A stretch of DNA of 60,854 nucleotides, filler included. It is 6 parts of 6 records of this genome, joined end to end, with 100 filler letters (N's around TTAATTAATTAA, not from the genome) between each part and the next. Parts side by side here need not be neighbours in the genome. Positions count along the whole stretch, not along the records: positions 20,218 to 33,579 come from DRR378314_2537; 5 more parts are not named here. One strand, written 5' to 3'. Positions 20,218-31,400 of the stretch are shown piece after piece; within the stretch, counting starts at the first letter, position 1; every line of letters begins with the position of its first letter. The notes below the pieces were generated by a model that saw only the letters and a program-made list of their open reading frames with translations, ran no database searches and was not told the origin of the DNA. Made by a program: the position numbers and the translations under genes.

Positions 20218-22004
20218 CAGGCAAAAGCAGCACAGCCGGAGCCTCGTTTGCCACGAAACATTATTTCGATGGCAGCTGCACTGGGAGGACCAACGGTGAG
20301 GCCGTCGCCTTTCAAGCCAACGGCAGAGGACTTTCGTGACGCAGTCCGTATTCGCAGCGATCCCGCGGGACCGCTGCCGGCTGCAGCGGTCGCGCCTCCA
20401 CCTGCACCCGCTGCCGCTGCAGACGCGCCGGCTCCGGCTGTCGCCAGCACGGACGAACCCGAGGTCCCGAAGCCCGTGCTGCCCTCCAAACCGGTACGTC
20501 CAACGAGTGAAAATGAAACCACTGGTGAAAAATAATGCTGCACCGTTGTTCCATCGAGGCTGTGCCCGCTCTCCAGCAGTGCACCCCTTGCGTATCTCTC
20601 TCACGCTCGAAATCTCTCCTCCCCTGTGCAAGCTGGCGCAACACTTCCCAGCGAGGCGACGCCTACCGCTGTTTCTGCAACTGAAGGCGATATCGCTCAC
20701 ACGTACACTTGATTTCTGCGTATATTGTGTGTGTGATGCTGATATGATTGGCCTGGCTTGCTTCATCTCCTTGCACGCCGGCATCTGGAACCCGTGGCGA
20801 GTGGTTGGCCTGCACCTTCGCTTTGTGACTCGATGCTGTCCTGCGGATCCGTTGCTCCTGCCTGCAGATTGTGCGCGAGGCAGCTGGAAAAACCTGGGTG
20901 GATCCCAAAATGGCCGAGTTTCCGGAAAACGATTTTCGCCTCTTTGTTGGCAATCTCGGACCCGATGTACGTAGGCCTAAGAGCACCACAGCCTGTATCC
21001 AGATGAACGGCAATGCGCTGGCGTCTTGTCGCGCGCAGCTTGTCACCTTCTGGATCTGCCAGGCCGTGCTTGCTGCGTCTGCCCTGCGCGGCCACACGAA
21101 AGCTAAACGATTTTTGCCAACCAAGATAGTACCTTTCCGCATAGTTGCACCTCTACTCAACTTCAGCAACAGCGTAAAGTACCAGTGACAAGGGGAGGGT
21201 GGATGCAAGGGATCGCGTAGGTCGCCGTACAGGTTGTTTGGAATTCGTGTTCCGTCCGTGTTTCTTTGTGCTCGCGCGGGCTCCGTCAGTTCCTGAGACG
21301 TGGGGTTGGCTCGTTCTCTTTTCGACTTCGCTTTCTCCTCTCTTCATTTTCGCATGTGCAACAGACAACGGAAAAGCAGCTTACCGATGCCTTTTCGAAG
21401 TATAAGAGCTTTGTCATGGCCAGAGTTCCGATCGAAAAACACTCCAAGAAGAGTAAAGGCTATGGGTTTGTCAGTTTCATGGATGGATTGGAGTGCGCGA
21501 AAGCGCTACGCGAGATGGATGGTACGAAGCATACCGGAAGTGCTTGGCCTCTGGCGCTTATCTACCCTAATCCTTCCTCCTAACTTGCGCTGACAGAGAT
21601 GGTCTCAGGTGAACACGTGTAGGTAATGATACTTTTTGGTTTTCTTGGGGCTGCATCCCGAGTGCCGAGGCCATGCATCCTATGAGTTGAGAGCATTGTC
21701 GTGCTTTTCTTTTTCTTTTCTCTTTTTTTCTTTATTTCACCACAGTTGATTCTATTCCCTCTGGAAACGGGTTTCTGTCCGGTGTTCAGTACAATTTTTA
21801 TCGTATGCTGCATAAGCGTATTTGTGAGTTTGCACATCCCATGCGCCGCCGCATCCGTCTAACCCATTCCTGGCGGCTCTCTCCTGTGCGTTCGCGTTCT
21901 TCTCAGGAAAGTGGGTCGGCCAGCGCCCGGTGCAGTTGAAGCGCTCCAACTGGAAAGAGCGCACAGTCGAGGAGAAGAAAAAGGCGAAACGTTTCCGGGT
22001 GTAG
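20218..22004 (+). CDS. RBM42: Eukaryotic RBM42-like RRM protein, spliced, 5' truncated; exons <20218-20493, 20868-20966, 21365-21521, 21907-22004
   Basis: GT-AG introns with consistent phases join into ...IVREAAGKTWVDPKMAEFPENDFRLFVGNLGPD|TTEKQLTDAFSKY...KSKGYGFVSF...ALREMDG|KWVGQRPVQLKRSNWKER...*. This matches the RBM42 C-terminal RRM pattern as I recall it. Confidence 0.88.
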
Positions 22005-22724
22005 AGCGAACACTGCGATACTTTGTTCCATATTGTTGCGGGCAGAGAAGTGATATCTGGCCTTCTGTGCCAGATGCGGGTATCTTCGTGGACGCTCATG
22101 TACTGAGTAAAAATGATGGCGATATTGGTGCTGCTCGGCTCTGCGGTTGTCCATCCCACCTCCCACGCAATCCCTGAATCCTCTTGGGAATTTCGCATAT
22201 ATTACGCTGATTTGTCATATTATACCTGTAGTTACAAAGTATATTGCGCTGCGCGACATTGGGATCAAGAAACCGCACAGAAATGTAGATGCCAGGGCGG
22301 CGCGAACGCCCCCTGGTGTACGGGTAAGTGAACCAGCTGCCCTGGGAGAAGGAGCGGAAACGGGAAGCGTCCGCAACATCCACCCCCTAACCGTGGCTTG
22401 CAAACAGCATGGCAGCAATGTAAGTGAATGCCTCGACATTACCGATCGCCCCTCACAACGCCATGCGCGTCGGCATTACACGGATGTTGGTAACGAGCGC
22501 AGCCACGAGTTTGTGCAAGTCTATTGTTTCCATAATTACCCTTTTTCGTGTTATTCTATATACCATGCTTCTTTTTTGGAACAAGACAACCCTAGCTATC
22601 GTTGGGTGCTTCTTTTTGTTGGTTTGGCGATGTCGTCCACATCCCGCCGCGACTGCGCGCGTTTCTCTATTCTCGAAAGAGAGTGAGCGAGAATCAAGCA
22701 ACTGCGACAAAACGTTTGCGTACA

Positions 22725-24098
22725 ATGACCCCTCCTGTAGCAGAGCCACAGCAGGCGCGTTCATCAGGCATGCTGGACGAAGTATGCCTAGCCGCGCAGG
22801 CTATCGATGGTGACGCGACGACAAAGCTTTTGCAGTCGCTTGTGCAAACCAACTCTGTCGACACCGGGTACGGCATGGGAACCGACACAGCGGGAGTGTG
22901 TGCCAAAGTCATGACCGCGCTCAACACAATCCCCTGCGAAGCACTTACCAAGTGCGGCGGGCGTCTGGAAATTTGCACTGATGAGTTTGCTCCAGGAAAC
23001 AGCAATATTGTGGCCCGCCTCTTTGTGCCGGGCGGCGCGCGTGGCGAAGGGGCCGACGCGAAGCGCGCTTGCGTCGTGTACAGCGCCCACATGGACACGG
23101 TCCCGGAAGGCAGCGGGCCGTGGTCGCACGGCGCGTTCAGCGGCGACATCTCCCACACAAGCGGGGAGCCGCGCATCCACGGCCGCGGGTCTTCCGACAT
23201 GAAATCCGGTCTTGTTGCTATGTTGATGGCAGTGCGTGCAATCGCGCTGCATCCAGAGTGCGCAACGCGCGATGTTGTCTTGGCGATATCCTCCGGAGAG
23301 AGCCGCGGCTGTGCAGGGGCACGTGCCATGGCGGCTGGCCTTCGAACGGGAGCGTCCACCGCCGCCTCGGACGCTGCGAAGCTGCTCAGCGACGCAGAGC
23401 TCTTGGTCGTCGGCGAGCCCACAGGTTGCGACGTTATCCGTGGTGAAATGGGCGCCCTCTTCCTGAGGTGTACTGCCATTGGCCGCGCAGCTCATAGCGC
23501 AACTTCTGGTGGTGACGCGGGCTCCTCCGCCATCCGCGCGATGGTGGCTTTTCTTGGGGCGCTGGAGACCGCGGATATGTTCGAAGCGTCACGCGCGGCA
23601 GCAAACAACGACAGCGCTGGCGAAGGCAAGGGTCTCATTGAAAGACTGCCAACGCTGAGTGTCGGTACATTGCACGGCGGTACTGCAGTCAATGTTGTTC
23701 CTGATCGCTGCGTCTGTGAGATTGACTGTCGCATGCCCGACAACTACAGTGCGGAGGACGTCCAGCGGGCGCTTGGTGAGCTTGCTGCCAAATTTGGCGT
23801 GACTGTAGAACGCATGGACTGGAAGCCTTCTGTTGCGTCGTCTGCAGACGCAGCCTCTGTGCAAACCGTCGTACGGGCAGTGACGAAGACCAGCCCCGAC
23901 CGCCGAACGCCGGATGTTCGCACTGTCGGATATTATTCTGATGGAGCAGTGTTGGCCCCAGCGCTCACGGCACCAATGATCATACTGGGCCCGGGCGACG
24001 AAGCCATGTCCTGCAGCCACGACGAGTCCTGCTCGATCGCTCTCACAATCCACTGTGCACGAGCATATGCGCAGATTGCCGCTGAGCTGTGCCAGTAA
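22725..24098 (+). CDS. Intronless M20-family metallopeptidase/deacylase (ArgE/DapE-like), divergent active site
   Basis: SAHMDTVP, GRGSSDMKSG, VGEPT, GRAAHS, GGTAVNVVPD and GPG...DE motifs. Start placed at the ATG at 22725 (uncertain). Confidence 0.88.
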   Translation: MTPPVAEPQQARSSGMLDEVCLAAQAIDGDATTKLLQSLVQTNSVDTGYGMGTDTAGVCAKVMTALNTIPCEALTKCGGRLEICTDEFAPGNSNIVARLFVPGGARGEGADAKRACVVYSAHMDTVPEGSGPWSHGAFSGDISHTSGEPRIHGRGSSDMKSGLVAMLMAVRAIALHPECATRDVVLAISSGESRGCAGARAMAAGLRTGASTAASDAAKLLSDAELLVVGEPTGCDVIRGEMGALFLRCTAIGRAAHSATSGGDAGSSAIRAMVAFLGALETADMFEASRAAANNDSAGEGKGLIERLPTLSVGTLHGGTAVNVVPDRCVCEIDCRMPDNYSAEDVQRALGELAAKFGVTVERMDWKPSVASSADAASVQTVVRAVTKTSPDRRTPDVRTVGYYSDGAVLAPALTAPMIILGPGDEAMSCSHDESCSIALTIHCARAYAQIAAELCQ

Positions 24099-25456
24099 TG
24101 CGCAGGATTCTATAATCCAGAGAGTCGTTATTCTTCAAACTACAAGAAGCTGATCTAGTGGCGATTGATACCCTCCCATTATACTCTTTGCGGTACCATG
24201 AATGTTGTTTGAATGCCCACACGAGGAGTCGCCGGAGCACCGCGACGCCTGGGCGAGCCTGCGTATGGCAACACCTACCATCACATTTGCCGCGGCAATC
24301 GTCTGCGTTTCGTAAGCTGCGGTATTCGACATTGTGATGGTATGCACGGACTTTTCGGGTGTACTGTGCATTTTCGTATTTGATTCATGCGCGTGCTGTG
24401 CAGGAATACAGTCTTGCCTTCTCTGATGCTACAACCGCTCGCAGGAAGTGATCTGCTCAAGCCTATCACTACGAAGCGTTAGACTTGCAGAGGCGTTACC
24501 CACCAACGCATCGCATTCGCACTCGCCGGCAAAACCCAGAAGCCTGAGGCATTGTTCGTATCCGTTACAGCTACTATTTGGCCTCTGTAGCTTTGGTTGG
24601 CAGCCACGCTCGAAAGGGCCTCAGAAATGCGCACCAGAACGCAAGCCCAATGCGGACAAGCGAGTCCTGTTCCTTGCGCTCTCCGCCGTACGCACTGGTC
24701 GCTGGTTCTTGCCAAGTCCAGAAAATTGCGTGCGGCTGTACTTATATTTACAATGAATCATGTTCCCATTCCTGTGGGCATGTTTGCAACTGTCCGCACC
24801 TGGGAGAAGACGTGTTGTGGGAGTTTCGCAACTCGGTGGCCGAGAAGTATCAGACAAAGGCTTCTCCAAGTAGCTGGTGCGTGCTGCAGCGCTGGGCGCA
24901 GTGGGCCTCGTTGCGGGACTGTGCTTTGCAACACAGCAAGGGCGCGCGAAACCCCTGTGGATCGGCGAAAGAAGCACCCGCAAATAAACGAAATAACAGT
25001 TGGAATCTTTCGGCGATCCGTAGGTACGTACACGCAGCAGATTTCTGGTGAATCGGGACCAATGCGATCCGTGTAGCCTTGCGCGCAAAGCGGCGCCATA
25101 CCACCGCGAGCGTCTTTGTTTTTGCGCGAGACCCTGCTACGTGCTCCGCCAGAGCGGCTTGGTCTCTGCATTGAGTGTAGGGGTAACAAACGCGCGCAGC
25201 ACAGCCCATGGCGCAGCGCCCTGCCCAGGGGCGCGGTGCGCACGCTGTCCCATAGCGCTGCTGTGGCAGGAGGTTTCTATTGAGGTACTGCGTCGTTGTG
25301 CACAAAGCGTGAATCATTTTGCGCCGCGCGACTAACATAGGAATAAAGCATACAGGAGGTTGGCAGTTGCCGCAGGTCGTTCCCGCGCAGCTACCCCGAA
25401 GAAAATGGCAGATACCACGCCGCTCCTTCGCTCTTCACACCCTTCCGCAACTGCAG

Positions 25457-28400
25457 GCGAGTATCCGCTGCGGAGGCACGTCGGCGCCGTCGTGCGCAAA
25501 ACGTTTGTTTACCAGGTACGTGGGATACTTTTTCGGTAAACCGCCGGGGCATCACATAGAATACTGAATGTAAATGTGATTCTTCCCTCGTGCAGACTTT
25601 CGCGTGGGACAGCGTGCTTCTGGGCAAACGCAGCAGCCTATTGCACGGAGGCAGTGGAACGCCTCCGGAGGTTTCGTTGCACTGGCTTCTGGGCGCCCTG
25701 CAACCTTGATGCACTTGCGCGCACGGCGGCGCCCCTGCAGTGAGAAGGAGCCGAGAATGCGGACGCGGGATTCGTTGCATTGCCTTGGAATTCGACACAA
25801 AGCGCGTGTTTAAATTCTTATCTGCTATTCCTAATGTTTCGCATTGCGGCCAGCATTTGCTGCAGCGCAGAATTCCCGCGAACGCGCAGCGCAAAGCCTC
25901 TGCCCGTGTGCTTCGCGCGGCGGAGACTAACTAATTTTCACGAAATCGTCTGTCCCCGATGCTTTGCAGAAGAAAAATCGGTGGACAAACTGCTGCCAGA
26001 TATCTCTTCCGCTCTTTTTTGTTCTCTTATGTACGTTATCGAGTGCGGTCATAAGACGCTGGCCGGCTGCCTGTCGCCAGATATAGAGGACTTGAGCGGT
26101 AAGCGCCCGGAAGCGGCAGGCAGCGGAGAAGTGGCAAGGTGCTCAAGCTCAGCCGGCGTGCGCGGCGCCGGGCGCAAGACCGCAAATTATGCGCCTCGCC
26201 CGCAGATTTACCACTTGTCCGATCGTATTCATATTGCCAAATTACCAGTTTTGTTAAGTGTGTCGATTTATGACGTTGTTGCGGACTACGTCTTCTTCTT
26301 TTTCCGTCGCGTCTGGGAAGGTCGTTTCGCGAACCGTGTGCGCAAGTGCTGCCCCAGCTAACACTGCCGCTGCGCTTATACAACGGACACCGCAGTGTTT
26401 GTTTTGCAGATTTTAGTGAATAGTGCTCTCAAAGGAAAGCGAAAGGGAATTGAAATCGATCCTCCACCGTATCCTGCGTACATATGGTACGTGCAGCCGC
26501 TGAACGGGAGGGGAGAAAGTGCGCCGATTCCATTGTGTGCTCTCTGTTTTCCGGTCGCTCTGGTACACGTGGAAGCGCGCGACATGCCTGGCGTTCAACC
26601 GGCTAAGCACTCGAGGTGCTGGTTTTGTATTGTTCGGTGACGTGGCTCTTCATGGACTCCCCCATCGACATTTTGTTTCGTTGATGTTCGTGATTTCGAT
26701 GAATTCACCGACGCAATCTCTACGTGTCTGCCGTCGTATTTTGCCCGCGCGCCCGATCTCACACTCGTCACCTTGCAACGCGGCGCTTCCGCAGGGTTCC
26801 CCAGTACGGGCTTGTACCTCCAGCGTCGGGTGACACCCCGGAGTCCGCTGGATTTCTCTTTACGCCGAATGCGCAGAGCGTAATCGATAATATTGAGCCT
26901 TCGTTGCGACAGCTTCCAGAGGCTGGTGAAAAATATCTTTTTCCGATATGGGTGCGTTGCTCGAGGGGTTGCAAGAGCTGCACCCTGCGACTGGATGACG
27001 TCTCGCAAAGTCGCTTTCTGAATCGGGACGAGCTCGGCGTCGAGTAGCCGTGGGCAGCCTGCTCGATACTTTAGGGCGCTCTGAAGCGTGCTGCTGGTCC
27101 TCTGCTTCTCTAAGGCGCCATTTCAAAGTCTGATGGTCTTTGGGACGTTAATTTGATTGCAGGGCCAGCAAATGTACGAATTCAACGGGGACTGGGGCAG
27201 CATGGAGTACAACTACAAGTGGATGAGCAAGTATAATTTCTTCCGCGGCCCGATGCAGCGCGGCCAATGTTCAAGCTCGCCTCTCGCACTCCCAGATTAC
27301 CCCGACCCCAACACCAGCGTCCCGATTGTAAATGTACGAATCTGTGACATAGCGACGATGATGTAAAATTGACCATGCATTCTGCTCTCGCGCAGCTGCA
27401 TCGAGGTCGTCGTGCTCTCGCTTGTGCCGCGTGTTCGGCAAGCCTGACGAGATGGCCGCCGGTGCAATGTGCGATCAGCCATCCATCTCTGCTAGCTTGC
27501 CTCCAGCTACTAGTGGTTTCCCAGACCTCCTTTACTTGGAATGCAAATCTTACAGCGTCGTTTGTAGCAGGTGGGGTATAGCTCCTATTGGATCGAAGTG
27601 TTTGTTCCTTCTACGGCTTTTTTGTTCCTAGGAAAGCTGCTCGTCGCTTGAGCGCGCGCGTGCTTGTGCACCGCCGACAACACTTGTTGTCATCCAGATC
27701 ATTTGGGTTCCGTATTCGTTCTGGGAACGTCGCTGCGATCTCACGCAGTATACCTTGCGGTTGATATTCTCTGACAATTCATGCCTACAGGACTATTGGT
27801 TCATCGACCCAGCTCGAAATTTCACGTGGCACTGGATGCTGACGGATCACGCAGATTTCTGCTACGGCGGGAACTGCTACTTCTACTGCATCGATTACCA
27901 CTTTCGACAGGTTTGTACGCCGCTGTCTGCTCAGTGAAAGTCTTGAAATCGCATGCACCACCGCGCAGTAAGTAATATTCCCTTCGTGTAGGCTGTTGAA
28001 AGGAGGTGAGTGCGTCGATCGAGACGAACCTGGAAAGATCTGTGTGGTGCACGTTCCGTGCGGGCTCGCTCTTGTTCTGTCGCTTTCGTGTCCCGTGCGT
28101 GATGTCCGGGCACGTTGCCCTCTCAATTTGCCTTCGTTCGATTGCTATTCTCCTTTCCTGGACCATGAAAGTCCGCAAGTGCTGATGCAATGCAGCAAGA
28201 AATAATACGTGCATGGGATCAACGCGACGGAAAAGCGCCGCAGTATACCGCTGGCTTTGCATTCCAGGAAGCGAACACTGCGACGCATCAGTACGACGTC
28301 GCGATTCTGTACAATGAGACCTACACTCGTGGGTACGGTTCGGGAACGGGGTGCACGCCTCGCTTTCCCCTGCTGTGCTCGCGCGCGCTTTCATCGTCAT

Positions 28401-31400
28401 CCGGCGGTCGACCATTCGCGGCTGATACGTGGAATGGAGGGGGTTTACCGTCCGGATTGCCCCTTAGCGTATATGCATTTCTAGCCTCTTCCCGGTAGGC
28501 TTTCGCGCGCGCTCTTTTCCTTCTTCTCTTTTCCGCATATGAGAGGCCTGCGACAGCTCAAGATTGCTTCGTACTTCTGCTGCCGGTCGTCCTGTTCTAT
28601 CACTATGATTCTGCAGACTGGATGTACCAACTCTCATCAACACGGTAGCGACTGGGATACTGAAAACAGAACTGAACGCAACATGGAACGTCATGTTATC
28701 CTCTGTAGCGGACCTTCCTACGCTGGGAATCGCCGAAACACTCGATGTTGCGTCGCTTCTGGGGGCGTTCTTGTACGTAATTATATTTTCCACAACAATT
28801 TGCTACCATGTGCTGGATTACCTCGCCGCATCAACACGCATGTGTTCTGCTCATAAGTATCATTTTTTGCATTGTTGGTCGAAGCGTCGCCTTTCTGTTT
28901 CCTTTGTTTTGCGAGCGTTTGTCTGGCGCAATTTCATTCGGCGCCTGCTCACTGCGACAAGCCTCGCAGCTCGGGTGGTGGCGCGAATCTCCCCTTCGGG
29001 AGTTCCTTGCTCCTCACTCGGCGCGATACACTGATTGGTCGTGCTGTATCCCCACCCTGGCATCGTGCTTCGACAGCTATATGATGGCGCTACAACTGCA
29101 GTTTCCAATCTACGTCGGACATATCGTGTATGAGAAGGAGCATCGGATGCGCGAGATTATGCGCATGATGGGAATGCAGACACGTGTATACTGGATCGCC
29201 GCGTACCTTTTCGACCTTATCCTCTACACAATCATCGCACTGGTCCTCATCGTCTCTGGCCACGCCTTTGGCTTCGACTTCTTCACCAAGAATTCCCCCG
29301 TGGGGTACTTGATGCTCTTCTTTGTTTGGGGTAACGCGATGATCGCGCAATCATTCCTCGCGAGTTCGATATTCACGCGCTCGCGAACGGCCGCTGTGAC
29401 GTCGTATCTCTGGGTATTCGGCACAACAATCATCAGTCAGACGCTTGTGAGCTCGTACGTCGACAACAATCCCGACTCGCCGACCCTTGCTGGAATGTCG
29501 ATAGTTCCCCCTCTGGCTCTGTATCGCGGTCTGCGCGAGCTCTCCGACCAAGCGGCGTTCGAGTCTGGATTGTCAAGTGCTGCTTTTCCGGGCTCGGTCA
29601 CGGCGCAAGCTTGCGGCTTTCTCGCCGGTGAATGGATCGTAATGCTTCTTGCAGCTGTGTACATCGATCTCGTACGTTGACATGGTGACCTCTGAGCGAC
29701 AGCGAGCAACTGGGTGTGCGATGCGGTGCCGTTAGAAGAAAGAGAGCTGTACTGCGACAGAGACTGCACCGAGCTGGCTCTCCGCAGTGATGATTAGGAG
29801 GTTTCCAAATGCGACGACGTGCGGTGTGCTCCGCCTTCGTGATGATCCACGCGGCTGTCTTGTTTGCTTCGAGAGCATTAATTATGTCACAATCGTAGGA
29901 GATCGAAGTAGAACGAGCATCATAATTCGTTTCCACTTTTGCTGGTTTCATGTTTCCCTGCCTGCGCGGCCCCGCTCGACTGCGTTGCGTTCTCAGGTGT
30001 TTCCCACCGTCGGAGTGCCTCTTCATCCGCTGTTTTTCCTCGGGTTCAAGGTCGCAGATGATGAGGATACCAGTAGTGGTACGTGTGAGGCATAACAAAG
30101 CTGTTTTGCCGCGATCTGTGACGGCTGGCGTTGCTTCTCCGCGTGCCCGGAGCCAGTAGATGTATTGCAGGCGCGAATGTAGCCCGAGGTTGCAGGTTCG
30201 CGCCCTCCCTACTCCCGTCTTTGCTCTTGCATTCTGCGATATCGAAGCCGTACGTTTCAATTACAACATTCCGCTTACATCACAGGCACATTGAGTGAAG
30301 AGCTGCATTGGTTTCTCTGATGTAGCTCTTTGATAGCGAGGTGCACCATCTGCCATAGCGAGCAGTGCTGCCGATACTTCCCTTTGCGGGACAGCTGTGA
30401 AGGATGAAGCTGCTCCTTCTTGTGCACTAATGCGCCTTTTCACTGTACTTTCCTTACGCATGTCACTTACATCTCTACGCGTCGCGTTTTTTGCCGCTCG
30501 AATGGGGTTCTGTCAACTGAGTAGCGCGCAATCGAGAGCTCAGCGGCGTCGCCGTGAGCGAATACGGGGCAGATCGCCTCGACGACGACGTCATGTCGTC
30601 GTTTGGCCGCGACGTGCGCGAAGAGCGCGACTTTGTCGACTCGGGAGCGCCAGACTCGGCTGTTGTCGCGCGTGCGCTGCGAAAGGTACCGGGACACGAT
30701 AGCACAGCCCAGCTGTGCGACCGCAGGGGCGCCGCACCTGGCCTGCTCAGCGCTGGGAGCGAAGAATACGATCCGCGAGACGGCGGAGCGCAAAGTTGTG
30801 CTTCGCCACTCCTCTTTGGTGTGCGAGACGCAGGGCGGAGACATACGCATTGGAAATTATCTTACGTTTGATTAGCGTCGATTGTATCGTATACCAGTCA
30901 TACTCAGCCTAGTGATATGGATGAGGAAAATGTCGATCGCTGTACACACCGCAGATAGTGCGGCAGCGCGCACGCACATCCCTTACACACCGGTCACTAC
31001 CGTACTGGCGAGGACGGTTTATGCTGTTATTGTTGTGTCTGGCTCTCTGTTTTGTCTCTCTATACATACAGGTATATCGCAGCCGCCAAGGTAAAGTTGT
31101 AGCCGTCAAGGATCTTTTTCTAGCTATTCGAAGGAACGAATGCTTTGGCCTTCTTGGTACGTCAAAGCAAATGCCGAATCGCTTCTCTACCCGTCGCTCC
31201 TGCCTGCATTAAGGGTGCCTAACGAAACATGATGGATCACGTGTCTTTTCATCACTCTTGCACAACATGTATCACGTCATCGCTTACGGAAATGTGGATC
31301 CGCAAAACTTCCTGTTCCGGTGGCGAATCGCAAGTATTCCTCGCTCACCTTTGCGCGCAACCTCCCGTGTGCGCGAAATGAAACACCAACGACGACGATC

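Noticed and set aside
27507..27570. Extra ABCA exon encoding LLVVSQTSFTWNANLTASFVA
   Set aside because: It ends in phase 1, but the next exon (27791) begins in phase 0.
27992..28005. 14-nt microexon (TAG|GCTGTTGAAAGGAG|GTGAGT) in the ABCA gene
   Set aside because: It needs an atypically short 81-nt upstream intron and a weak AAG acceptor at 28179. Direct splicing from 27910 to 28196 keeps the frame without it. Not excluded without RNA data.
29787..29860. Intronic box C/D snoRNA (two GTGATGA motifs)
   Set aside because: No downstream CTGA box D or terminal stem within the intron.
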